DNA from: Botryllus schlosseri
Lineage: Eukaryota
Length of the DNA stretch: 64,000 bases
Direction: 5' to 3'
Assembly (NCBI GenBank): GCA_051294905.1
Contig: CM119371.1
Coordinates: 9,116,001 to 9,180,000, forward strand
The notes beneath the pieces are model-generated. The model searched no databases. It was given only the letters and a program-made list of their open reading frames with translations, and was not told the DNA's origin. A program made the translations under genes and the position numbers. This document shows positions 23,330 to 36,900 of this stretch, one piece after another (within the stretch, counting starts at the first letter, position 1; every line of letters begins with the position of its first letter).

Positions 23330-26052
23330 TTAGCAATTGTTCTACGGTAATGTGTAATTCAATACACCGTATATTGCTATCGAACATGGGCGATATATAT
23401 AGGCCTACTTACTTGCTATATTGAAGAAAGTGGTTAAGAATCAAATAAAATAAGATATTATGATGATAACTAATGATAAAATTTTATATATGTATCACAT
23501 CCGATGTTTGCCAATGCTTAATGTTAACTATATACGGACTTCATATTGGGAAATGTTGTGGATTATCCTAAGATCGATTGCAAATGTTCGTTGGCCTGTG
23601 TTGAGACTAAGAGATTTATTGGTAGGCTATTCATTCTGTGACATCGTTGAAATTAAGGCGCAGCTGGCGCTGTTTATTCAAATATTTCCTGTGACGAAAG
23701 TTTTGTTCACTATATTTTTTCGAGTATTGTGTTTTTCCGAAAGCACAAACCAACCCCCGACAGCAGTATATGACCTCAAGGGCAACATGAGCCGTAAATA
23801 TAACATAAAACGGACCAGGGATAAAAATGAGGTGGCGCGTGGCGCAAAGCGAGGACGATATATCAGACCGTGGTCAAGTCATCTCTAGCTCTAGCTATGT
23901 GGACGTATCGTCACAATATGGCATTGCAATAAGTAGCTTGTGCGCCCACCTATTTCAGAAAGTTACGCAAAAACAGCTAAATAACTCCCTTGTTCTCGAA
24001 TAAGCGGTGGCGCTTCAGCTAATTATCGCAAACGATTACTCAGTCCTACAATGAATCAAAACAAATGAGCGCCCGCGGCTCATCTTGCAAACGCGACTAG
24101 GATAGCTGTCATTTATTCGACTATGAAACGAAATTGTCTAATTACTCGAGGTCGCTGCCTGTCGAAATCGCCGCAGTGGCGTCATAATCCTGCTGATTGA
24201 AACACACAAACATTGGATAGCAGAGTATGACATTTCAGGTTTTTATTTTGAGCTGCAAAACAGTTTCGAAATGTTTGTGGCTTTTTAAATATGCATGTTA
24301 AGATTATAATCGGAATTAGTCAAATCGGACTTATTTACATGACATTACAAAAGGCCGCCAGGTATTTTCACGACATATACCTATTTCATTACAGTTTGTG
24401 GCAATGCTGTGGGTCGATCACGACTTTACAGATATGATATATCCACTAAAGTGCGTAGCTTTGTAGCCAACTATACACTGCGATACAACTAATCGAGGTT
24501 TAAAGTGGAAAACATTATTAAAACTATAATTCTCGCTGATAAATTAACTCTTAACAACAAGGCCTGCATATTGTCAGTACTCTAAAGCCGTGATTCATCC
24601 CAAACTGTGTGCTGCCACAGATTCTCAGGTGTGCCGCGAATCTTTTCGTAATTTTGGATAAAAACTTATTATTATTTTTAAACTGAGGCATTCAGGCTAT
24701 CATATGCGACTTGAAAGCGCTGTAACTACTTCATTGGTGATGAATAGGCATATGTGGCGATTCAAAAGTAACCAATCCCGGTATTGCGGACGATTATTTA
24801 ATAACGTCATAATTAGGCTGCCATGTGCAAAAGAAAGTCTATAATTCGTTATACGCTCCTAATGAATCAACTTATAAACAGCAGATTACTCGGCAAAAGG
24901 TGAGCACACAGCCTGGACTTCAACTTGAAATGCAATATTACTCCTTGAGATTTGTTGTTCACAACTTTAGAGGGGTAGTTAGTCCATTTGGAAGCATTGA
25001 ATCAAGCAATATGTTTGTAAAAAGCAGGTCATTGATTTACGAAACGCTCCGCATCTTTAAAACGCAGTTTTCACAAACATTGTTGCGTTATGGCTGTCTC
25101 CTTTGAAAGAGTTTACCATGGGTCCAAAAGCAATCACAATTTGTTTGCCACGTTTTCCATGTCTATGTAAACATAGATTTTGACTGGAAATAAAAGCTGC
25201 ATGTATAAGACGATAAAGACTGCTTGGAATTGACGACAAAATGCAGGTATGTTTGTCAACAACGCAGCCTTGGTTCATTCGCTGTTCGGTCGTGTGTGTG
25301 CAAAAATAAGTATATAGCCGTTGCTTCACTACGTATTTCCTTCAAAGAGACACTTTCTTGAAAGTGTGCCGCGTGTTTTTATTTTTTTATTTTTTTTAGT
25401 ATGCCACAGTGTCTGGACCAAGTCACTACATTCTACTCACAATTCATCTCGAGTCATCGCTTATTTTGACTCGAGTCAAGTCAAGTCACTCGATTTTTTG
25501 AAGTAACTCGAGTCAAGTTAAATCACCCAATTTTTCGCGGTGACTCGAATCAAGTCAAGTCACGAGCTAAGTCAAGTCACGAGTCATGTCACAATTCAAG
25601 TCAAGTTGTCTTTTCGAAGTACGAGGCATGATTGATTCATCGCATTTTGCTAGCTGTTTCAAAGTCAGATTGAGTTGTCATTTATTTCAAATCGGGCAAT
25701 GAAGATGGAGTTAACCATAAGTGCAAAAAGGCGTAGTGTAGCTCACAAATGCGAAGTACTGCTAAACTACGTAACTGTTTTATACCCTCAGTCTTCAATT
25801 ACCCGTCAAAATAGATAATCGAATACGAAACCTCAGATAGGGGAAACGAATTGATATGATGCATTAACCCACTGCATATCCATGGGATACAATTTAGGCC
25901 TGCACCAATGCTTGGCTGGTAATATAAACTTGTAAACTACATTCGAATTCGATTAAGGTTATCACCTAGCACCAAAGACGAGTTTATAGATCAGAGATAT
26001 AGGTACCCTGTTATTATTTTACTTTACTACTGCGACAACGTACGCTGTGAGC

Positions 26053-27267
26053 CAAGGATCGGCAACCTACGGCCCTCGGGCCGGATCCAGCCCGCCACGC
26101 GAAGTCGTCCGGCCCACGGCATCATAACTAGTTGTCACAAGAATACGGCCCGCCGTTTCTTGTTGAGCTTCAAACATCAGTGCCAGCACTGTTTAGAAAA
26201 ATTGTGGCATTGCTAAGATATAAGTACGTTGTACTACTCTATTGTTACGACATAAAACTGATGCGTAAGCGGAATACTGGTATTATATCGTACTAAGCGT
26301 AGTGCAATATTATCTGCAGAGTTAACGATAGTTGCCAAGAACAGTGCTCTTCAACCGAGTGCGTACACGCAATAGTGTACCTACCATATATTTTAAAGGG
26401 TGTATCATGTGCCACTCTGATGGGTTGTACCAGATATCGCATTTTATTCGGCCGATGACTAGCTATCAATCACAACAATGAATTTTCTACAGGCTGATAT
26501 TTCAGAAGGGGTCGACTGGATGTAGAATACGGTTTAATGCTCCCAAGTGTGCGCACTACGCAGCTTGTAAATTACATACTATTAGGCATGTCATTAATGG
26601 CTCCACTTGTTTGTAGTATTTGTGGTGTTTTCCGACTGCAATAACATTTACACCAGGCCGATATTCCGTACTTTGATTCCGTAGATATGCCGATTTGTAG
26701 CACGGCCTACTAATTTAATTACTGAATTTTTTTCACGCTTTCCGAAATTCGTTCTCTTCGAAATAAATTCAGGCTATTCAGTACTCCGTTTGCTGTAAAA
26801 GTTAATAGCACACCCACAGAATTTCAAAATGATCTTATTGAAATGCAATTCAGTGACGAATTGAAGGATAAATTCCGTACAAAGAGCATATCGCTACTTG
26901 ACTTTTACAAAAAGTACCTCCTTGAAAGTGGTCTTTATCCCAGCTTGACCAGCCATGCAAAAGAAACGAAGAGCAAACAAAGATACCGCATTTCCGACGC
27001 CCATTTCGAAAATGTTCTGGTTCTTGCATCATCTGACTTGGTACCAGATGTTGAAAAAACGTTCAAAAAGCAAGCAGCATCAGCTTTCACGATAATGCTG
27101 TGTTGTTAAAGTGTGAATATACATTTGCTCTTTTTGTGATTGGTATGGTTGAGATTGAGCAATGTAGCGTAATATACTGAAGTGAGTATGAATTGTAGTA
27201 TGAGAAGTCCGGCCCGCCTATGAGTTGTGCATTTGATATTTGACCAGCAAAAGGTTGCCGATCCCTG
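26053..27267 (+). mobile_element. hAT (SPIN/GTF2IRD2-like) deletion derivative nested in a GACTCGAGTCAAGTCA element
   Basis: TIR caaggatcggcaacct/aggttgccgatccctg; TSD ctgtgagc/ctgtaagc; ORF 26843..27109 resembles a hAT C-terminus (KSKQRYRISDAHFENVLVLA). Confidence 0.85.
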
Positions 27268-28269
27268 CTGTAAGCGGTCAATGTATTTACGATAGAACAG
27301 GGGGGCTCGAGTAAAACGCAAAATCATTGGATGAATTAAATTTGTCGCTCTCACAATTCACACCAACGTATCGATAACAATCGGAACATTTGTAAAGTAT
27401 AGCAATTTTTATCGACACCGATTACTTGATGACTTGAAATTGACACAATACTGGTATTCCACTAGCCAAAACAGTTTCGGAACCACCACGCGACTCGAAT
27501 CATTAGAATTAACACTCGATTCGAATCGAATTCCTCCAATCAGTATTCCCAGCCCTAGTTTTGTAGAGCCACACAATCCTTCAAACGTTCGTCCCGTGTT
27601 TATATGATGATCCTATAACAATGGTTCTTAACCAGCATGCCATTGAATACTAGGGGTTCCTTGAGTCAGTCTCAGAGGTGCCGCGGGAGGTCAAGACACA
27701 CACTCGACTCATACATATGGTTTTTGATTTGACCACCATATGTTACTGGTAATAATCAGGGCCAATACGGCACTTTGCCAGTGCCCCCCAAAACGTTGGT
27801 TTTGGGCCCCCTCAGGGTGATAAACCAAACTTTTGGGGGGCTTCGCCCCAACCCCATTTACCCCGACCTGGATGTACGTTTTCACCGCTACTTTTGATCG
27901 AGATTTGTTAGCTCAATATTGAGTCTGTTGTGTTAGTCTAATAGCGTGAAGTGCGAAAACTTTTTTATATTTCGTGACTTAATCGGTCAATAATATCGGT
28001 AATTGCTTACATATTGGGAAAAATGCCATCCCGCAGAGAAAGATTATTTGTGTCGTGGGGTTCAGATTGCCAGGACAGGAACATTTGACGCCAGCAAAAT
28101 ATTAGTCGCCTATGGACAATTAAACACATATGCATATATATCGAAGTTTTCGATCAGGATAACGGCAGTCTTTTCGGCCAAGGTTTTCTCGCTGCCGATC
28201 GTACTGGCACACTTCTCGGAGTCTCATGTTACATGGCCTAAAACTTCATATGTCTTGGTGTGTCGTGGC

Positions 28270-28783
28270 TAGGGCTGGGCACAATGATTCGAGTACTCGA
28301 ATCTGAATCGAGTATCAATTTTAATGATTCGAGTCGAGTAGTAAAAGACGATATTTTCGAGTACTGAAATTACAAGCTCCTCGCCACTGAAAGTTAATTT
28401 ATCAACGATAATTATAGTTTTGATGCTAGTTTCCAATGTGGAAGGCTTAAACACTGATTGGCTGCATTGAAGCATACGAAACATAGTACAAAGCTACAAA
28501 GCGTACGTGAAATAATACATTTTCGAAGTCATAATCATCCCATAACCTTGTCACGAAGTGCAATGAAATCGGTATGGTCGAAAAAATATCAAAGCATCTT
28601 TAATGTGGTGGATAACAGGCATTATATTCTTTGCAGTGGCATAAAAGGTGCATATTTGAACTTTGACATATTACATTCTATTATGACGTCATAATGTGTG
28701 ATACTCGAATACTCGACTCGACTCGAAGCATAATACGTGATTCAGAATCGAATCACTCAGGTACTCGATTTTGCCCAGCCCTA
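28270..28783. mobile_element. hAT MITE, TAGGGCTGGGCA family
   Basis: TIR tagggctgggca/tgcccagcccta; perfect TSD gtcgtggc; related copies at 53511..54016 and about 39372..40490. Confidence 0.9.
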
Positions 28784-29189
28784 GTCGTGGCGCGGTAATG
28801 GCTGACGCCGGAAGGGCAGTCTCTCTTGAGGGGAGGGTACCCAAGGTTCAAGATATTTGGCAACATTAAATCGCGCATGACGCGAAAAAAAATAGAACAA
28901 AGTTGTAAAATTAAAAAAAAACTCCATAATTTATGTTCATTGACTAAATAATTATGCACCCCGCTCGTGCTCGCAGTTACGGGTGCGGCAGTTACGGTCC
29001 TGGTAATAATAGGCTCGACCAGTAGACGATTTGTGATTATTGCGGACTGTACGTCGTGTACGGTGGCGTACGCAGGGGAGTTTGGAGTTCGGATTTGAAT
29101 ATCCGTCCTTCTAAAATTACAATTCTGTCTGCAATCGTCGTAAGCTCATTTGTTATGTTAACTATCGGTATCATGCTGCAGTATTGAGA

Positions 29190-30130
29190 TGACTCTAGTT
29201 TACTATTTCGTATGACTTAACTTGACCCTAGTCACTTTGCAAAAAATTACTTGACCTGACTCGGCGCTGCAGAAATTCGGACTGACTCGTGACACGGGGA
29301 GAAATTTACAAGTCAATTTCAAATCATCAAGTGAACCAGTGTCGATTAAATCAACGTGTCTTATGTATGCTCGGATTGTTCGCGACACGCCGTTGTCACT
29401 TGTGGAAGCAACCAGTCATTCACTAATTGTATGTTTCGCTGATCCCCCATAGTTAGATCACAAATAAATTGACCGCAAACTAAATTATCACAGCTTACGT
29501 TGTCGTGGCAGTAGTAGTAGTAGTAGTAGATTAATGTAATAGCAACGGATCTCTGTTTCCTGGATGGTTCAGTGCATACATTGCGCAGTTCTCACCTTTT
29601 CAACCCCTCTTTAAATCGAATGAATATTGTTTATCCGTTTATATTCTCATGAATATGTAGATGGGTAGTGCGTTGCACCGTGTCAATTTGTTTTAACTTC
29701 TCGAGGCTTCGTATTCGATCCTCTCTATTTTGGCTGACAATAACCGACTCTATCATGTAGCTATACAGTTACTCATGTATTTTATTAGCAGTTCTAGGTA
29801 TGCGTGAGCAATACAAAGCCTGTATGCATGTATATTTAACTTTATATTCATTATTTGATTCAAGATAAATGGCCAATTAGTCACTTTCACACAGCTGGCA
29901 AAATGTAATGACTTTGAATCATCACTCATACTTCGAAAATTCAATTTGACTTGAATTGTGACTTGACTCGTGATTTGACTTGACTGGACTCGAGCCACCT
30001 CCAAAAACGAGTGACTTCACTTTACTCGAGTCACCTGCGAAAATCGATTGACTTGACTTGACTCCACTCGAAATGTACAATGACTCGAGATGACTCGTGA
30101 CTCGAAGGCAGTGACTTGATCCCAACACTG
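29190..30130 (-). mobile_element. GACTCGAGTCAAGTCA-family element, inverted relative to 57694..58668
   Basis: Ends gtgacttgatcccaacactg; internal similarity to the intact copy. Confidence 0.75.
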
Positions 30131-31281
30131 TCACGCTTTGCGAACAATACGATGACACTTTGCGAGGTGAAGGCTCCGGTTTCTGAACTGGTGTCTGAAA
30201 GGGAATAGCCGAATTCACAATAAATAGCAACAAATATTCATTATAATGTTTTCGTTGTGTTGAAAATTATACATTTAAGAACCACTGCCCTATAATAAGC
30301 GGGACGTTGCGGAGCGATAATTTAAGGAACCCTGACATTTCTCACAAGCCGTGCGGATAATAGAAGTGTAATTATTTTTGAGGTCATTGCTGCTTATTAC
30401 TAACTTAACAGGCAAATCGAAGCGAGTTTTATTGCTAATAATTTTCAATATGTGTATAGTGGTTGTCTAGTTGACCTGTTCAGTAATATCCTATGCAATC
30501 GTGATAAAATTGCATACATATTTTGATATCGTGGTTTTATCTGTACTCAAGCCAAATGTCCGAAACTTACTATATTTTGATTTGTTGAGTTGAGTTTGTT
30601 GTTTATAATTATATCCTTCGAAAACATCGCGTGATTGCGATGCAACTGAAAGTTAGGAACTTGATTTCACTGGAGCATTGTGTTTGAAATCAGACACGCG
30701 CCTGGGTCTATTCGATGTAATTAAGACGCATGCACAGTTGCACACTGAACGAAAAGCAGTGGAAGATGTAGCATAAAAAAGACAAGCGATAAAAACGAGT
30801 GGGTATATGGCAGTTGTAAAAATTTTCACATTTTCAAGAGATAGCCATTTTTCTTGGAAATTCAATTTTCAAACTTTTACGTAATCAAACTATAGAAACC
30901 TTTCATACTCGATGCATATGTGTAGAGGCGAAGTCGATATATCAGATCGTGATGGTGTAATCTCGGGTGCTGACTATAGTATTAGAGTGAGATTCTCAAC
31001 ATGATAAGTTTTACACACACAAAAATTTGGGACAAACATGTCATGTGTCCGACTGCCTTTCTGTCCGCATACAAAATATCCCGTCACGCAAAATCAACGG
31101 GAGATATAAACAATTCTTCCCACGTTATAATCGATCTGGCCGCAGTGTAGTGTCGAGGTTATTCCTAATATAATTATGCCCTCCAAGAAGCATTGAAAGA
31201 TTGCGATACATTGAAAAGATAGGAAAGCTTCGAAACGAATTCGAGTAGTCTTTGAAATGAGACACACACCTTGGCCTAGAG

Positions 31282-31733
31282 CAGTGGTATTCCAACTTAT
31301 TTCAATTGCATACCCTCTCTAATTATTTAAAAGTATGGCGTACCTCTTCAAAAATAATGGAAAGACAAAATGATACAAACTATATATAATTATGTATCAA
31401 TAGTTAAAGTAGTCTTTGATATCAGACAGCGACTGGACCTACATCAGTGTTTCTCAATCTTTAGCAACTTAACGATCCTCAAATACTATCCTAGTCACAC
31501 GAACAAAGACCTTCCCAATTACTTATCTAATATTACTACTATAGATGCCGGTGTACATAATGAACTTTGCATTAACACCAGTGTTAATGGTACGAAATCA
31601 TTAAAGTATGATAACGAATGTTTACTTCAAAGCAGTGTTACCTATACTACGTAGGATTAGAGTATGTGTCTTAACCTGTAGGAAACCATTGAAACTGGCT
31701 AAGGGTACCCCCTCCTCCGGTTGAGAACCATCG
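31282..31733. mobile_element. hAT MITE
   Basis: Degenerate TIR cagtggtattccaac/gttgagaaccatcg; perfect TSD gcctagag. Confidence 0.75.
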
Positions 31734-33728
31734 GCCTAGAGAGCATGCAACCGTGAAGATGAGACATTCGCAGTGAATGAAAAGTAATAGAAAAAAGGTG
31801 GCATATATGTCGGATGGTCGATATATGAGATATTGGTCCTGTAATATCGAACGTTGGCTAGTATTCATTGAGTAGAAGCTGCTTGTATATAGCAGGAAAA
31901 GTGAATGGATCTCAGAAATTACGGTAAAGTTTTAATTACAAGTTGGTCTGATCTTCGTGACGCGACAAACCACGGTTTAACATGCGGGAGATCTCTATAG
32001 CAACGTTCGTTACATAGGCTCAATCGCGAAGCGTATCACGAGACAATCACGCGAGGGTGTTTCCCATTCCGCAAAAAAAAAGTCACTGTTTTTGTATATT
32101 TTGGCTTTTGTATAAGAAGCCGCTAACAGTTGAGAAGTGAGATTCGTGCTGCGAACAGCGTTAGACAATCAGAGCTTTCCAAATTATATTCGAATTAGAA
32201 CTAGAGCTACACAGTTTCATTCCAAATTGGATTAGAATCAGAATTACTGAATTCGCAAAAACTTGGAAATTGAATTCCTATTCCGAATTAGAAAGAAAAA
32301 CAATAAAACCATGTTCCCTTTATATCAAATCGGAGCCCCTTCACAAAAGCGCGAGAATGGCAAATGTCTGCACGCCGAGCTTGGCTCGTTTCGCACGATA
32401 CAGTCGTCCTGTATCGCATAATCAGGAATATCAAACATTACATTAGAAATAATATGGGTGGATAGAAACATGTCATAAATTAGTCTAATGAGACAGCTAG
32501 AACTTGCCAACCACCTGTTCCGAATTGGAAGCCACGAAGACGGGTTATGTAGTACTTACAAGCGACAAAAAATGTGGAACATTTCCTCATTCATTGTTCA
32601 AAATATTCCTGCGAACGGGAGTACCTGGAAGGCGCAGCTTGGGAACACAGCGTGCCTTTCTTCATAGATAACATACTGACCCATCCCGCCACGACATATT
32701 ATAATTTGTTTTGTTTTCCGGAAGAGAGATTTAATGGAATGATATATAACTAATCGACCTGGTGCACAAGACCAGTGCTGCCGAGCACCAAAAATTCAAC
32801 AATAACCACAACAGCAATTATCCAATTGTCCTAGTCTGGTAGGCTAGAGTTGCAAGTCCGTTGAGTTGTTAGCCAGAGTTTTGATGATATCTTTACTAAC
32901 ACGTCGGCTATCTCCCCGTAAATGCATATAAATTCGTTGTTTTTCGCCAGTGTTCCTGAAAATGAAAGACGACCGATATTTTGATCGAGTGAGAACTTAT
33001 TTTTCGGCAGTCCACGAAAATATCGTGACTCGACAATTTATTAGTGCTCATCAAGAAAGGTGGTCGGTAACGAAGTGCTTTTCTCAATACTCATATGGTT
33101 GTGTTTTAACTGCGGCAGTCTGTGGTCAAAATAATCATCGTCGGTACTCAAGTATAGTAGCTGAAGTTACAACGTCAATTTGTACCCGAAACAGGAGTAT
33201 ACACATTTAGTTATACAAGCGCTATTAGCTATGCTATATAAGTTTACCTGAAGATATGACGAATTCAACGGCACCGTCCAATATCTTTGGGTCTGTGAGA
33301 TCATCTTTCACATTCAAATTTAACCAGTTCATGTAGCATTAAGTACTTGTCTCTCTTTGGTGTCGATACTTCACTCAATGTAGCAAAAAGTGTTTATCAG
33401 ATTCTTCTACCAACATTGCACTCCTGACATAGTAGAGTGTCAGACTGTTAGCACATCAAATCTCATTTAAATGTTGGTTCAGTCTACGTTCCACAATTTC
33501 CGCTTCTTAACCAAAGAAGAAACACTTCGCCGTGTCCCTATTTCGCTCTATTGTCCGTAAATGATGGTCAATGATACTTGCATGTTATTCCAGTTTCATA
33601 CCGCATCTAAATTCAATGCTTTTGACTACAACATATTTTTCAGCAATCTATGAAATCCTTAACTTGATAGTAAATGAGAGGTCGCACCCTTTTCTATTTC
33701 AGATCTTCTAGCGCGTTCCTAACCGACG

Positions 33729-33910
33729 ATGAATTTCGGCCGGATTTTGGGAGCCATCTTATCTATTTCTACATTTGTTATATTTCTTTCTGGGACATCA
33801 GGCCAATCTGGAAGGCCTTACGGCAACAGCGGTGAAGTGAATATCTTATTCGTAAGAGCGACTTCGGTCGAAGTCGGGTTCAACTATGTCCAAGGAGCAA
33901 CCATGTATTA
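33729..33910 (+). CDS. Gene B exon 1: signal peptide and FN3 start
   Basis: MNFGRILGAILSISTFVIFLSGTSGQSGRPYGNSGEVNILFVRATSVEVGFNYVQGATMY; donor TA|gtaagt. Confidence 0.85.
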
Positions 33911-36900
33911 GTAAGTGAATCTGGTGGTAACAGTAGACCCAGATCGATATCAAATATATGAGCCGATACCGATATCCACGCTATATATACAGATATTTGG
34001 CCAATATTCACTAATAATTTTTTGGCTAACTCTCATCAGAAACGAACGTGTGTATTGCTGTAAAGTGTTACTTATTTCATTGAAATGAAAGTCTATTGCA
34101 TGTGCGAATATCAAGCTTTGAATGCCTTTCCATTGCACTTGAAAGCAACTTTAAGTGAATCCACGTTCCATTTAACTTCCATATACTTTCAATTTGCCGT
34201 GCCAAGAACGTGACCGCAAATTCCTCGGGGCGCACGTTGCAGCGGAATCCCGCTGACAAGTAATTAACGCATGTTAGCGTGATAATCGAGGTTTACATCG
34301 TGTGACCTGAGAGGTCGAGTTCACGAGGTTTTTAACCGCCTTTGTTTATGGCCTACGCATGATACGATGGAAACACTCATAACGAACAGAAACAGGATCA
34401 TGGTATAGGACGTTGTGCACTCAAATCACCAAAGTCTGACATGAAGACGTGTACAAACTACTGGATTTTCAAATGTGCAACTAGAACTAGAATTAAAACT
34501 ACTCATTTTTCCGAATCCGCAACTAGAACTATTAGTACTGACTTGAAAAAAAATCGCAACTTGAACTAGAGCTAGAACTACTCACTTTTAAAAATCTGCA
34601 ACTACAACTAAAATAAGAGATCTTCATTTTTTGAATCTGCAACTAGAACTAGACACTTTCAGAACTATCAACTAATACTAGATCTAGAGCTACTCGCTTT
34701 TACTACTCCGCAACTAATAACTAAAATTTCTCGAAAAAACAGAAGTTAGTTTACCCTGTCAACTAACTATATTCGCAGTCGGTACAGCTTTGCTGAATTG
34801 CGGCTCCTATTTATCAGTGTAAACGCAAGAGAATGGGTGGACGGCAAGAAAGTTGGTAACCAAGCGATCGGAATTTGGTTGCACGGCCGGAAAAGATCGA
34901 CGACATTGGGCAATCTCAACCCAGGAGTGCGTTTGTAAACCTGTAACTTTTTTTCGTATGCAGACTAAAATATCCTATATAAATGGGCTATTAGAGGTAC
35001 AGAACAATTTACTGGAGTATACAATTGAATAATATGTTGGTATTGAAAGATACCCGAATATTTTCGGCTGACATCGACAGGGGTAATCGTCAGAAACTAG
35101 TAGAGAATCGGAAAAATACATTGTGTAGATTATTTAATTGTATATCTTACTTATAAGTGTTTGAATCCATGTTTTCGCATACTGGTGTGAAACGGAGCGT
35201 CACTTTCATATTTTTAAGAGAGAATACCTCATACGAATACAAGCTTACGCGAAAGATCGTCCGATAGGGTCACGCCCGCAAAAAGTGGTCAGGACTTCTC
35301 AACAATGCTACACGTGCAACGCGATGTCTGACAACGAACGTAAGTCATATGGTTGGAACGACGCTGATTGATTCTACGCCTGTGGTGTCTGAGTCTTCAT
35401 TTCGCCGTGGCGGAATCGAAGCAGCCTATGTCCATTTTTCAAATTTTGAGACCTATTTTTCAAATTTAATTGTTTGTAAACTTTTCATTTGTTTTTTCCT
35501 TTTCAAAATTGATCATTACCATTGATGATATGTCCGAAAGCGTATGAAAATTATACATAAAGTTAATTTTATCAAAATGTGTAAAATTGACAAGGATTAA
35601 AGCTACTTTGATTCCGCAGGGACAACATAATTTAGTTTAGTGGTTCCTAACGTGGGAGATATCGTATCCCAGTAGATGGTTTTTAAAAACAAGGGGACGT
35701 TTGGGGGCGATATGGGCGAAAATGTTTGGAACCACTATTTTAGTTAAAGTCGAAACCGTTTAATTCCGACACTTTGATTGCGCTCACTTCTAGCCGAACC
35801 AAGTACTGGTTATTGTGTCATAATCTAATGAAACGAATTGCGAGCCTGTGTCCGAATTCAGATAGGAATTGCCCGGAATAAAAGGAGATTTTTTATGAAC
35901 AAGCATTTCGGCCGAATGAAGTGGCTATGCGGGTTATCAGGCATCTGAATTAAGCGGACTCGTCCGGCTGTTGCTCTAGTTCACGGGAAACTGTCCTAGT
36001 AATATTGCATAAATGATAGCCAGCGTAGTAATGAGCAAAGTGGTCAGTATTGCCGTCTTAGGTACTCATGTAGCGGTAGAAGTAACGCCGTCCATGACTA
36101 TTCATGTGTAAGTAGACATAGCGAGTTACAAGTATGTCTAAATGTAAGTATTCTTGGCCTAGTCTACATCATAACCAATTGAGGCAGTAGTGCGAGTAGA
36201 CAAAATCTACATGAAGTATGCTCCGTTACTGACCATCTGTGGTAATAAGAAGCCTTGTGTGGAGAGATAGCGGTTTGTTGCTTCGTCAACTGGGAAATTA
36301 CCAACAAAGAAATTCGTTATAAAATAAATAGGCGGAAAATTCCCTCCGCGGTAATATTAATATTGGTAATAGCACATTTACAGAGGCACTGATCGCCCTT
36401 TTCAGGCTTTGTGCACTATGAGACGAATTTTCGTTATGTTTAGATGTTTTTGCCTTTCGTAATCCTGAGGACGTCTTTCACTTTTTCTCTCACTCAGACT
36501 TCAGTCTCTCTCGCTCCCAAGCGTCCCCATCGTGGTGATTGTTTTTTTTGTGGTATTCATGGTGTTTGTCAACTTATAGTATGGCCCATTTCGTGGCTTT
36601 TCTTTTTATAAGACACCGTTCTCACAGATAAGATGGCGAGGAAAAGCGTGGATAAACCTCTAACACTTAGGTACGAATTCTGTAGACGACCTCGGTCGGA
36701 CTCGAACCCACAATCCATTGGTGTTGCAGCTGTGGATTATACCACTACGATATCTCGCCACCGTGGTCTTTGCTGCCGCCTTGTATCACGGCATACCTTC
36801 AGTCTGGGTTTGGAGTGGTATGAAATTATCTTTTGGCGGATTGCCTTAAACAAGTTCAACTTTTGTGTCATTTTTCATTTCTATCCATCGTAACTTTCAT

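Noticed and set aside
23460..23888. 142-aa ORF in the intergenic region
   Set aside because: No recognisable domain, splice context or paralogue.
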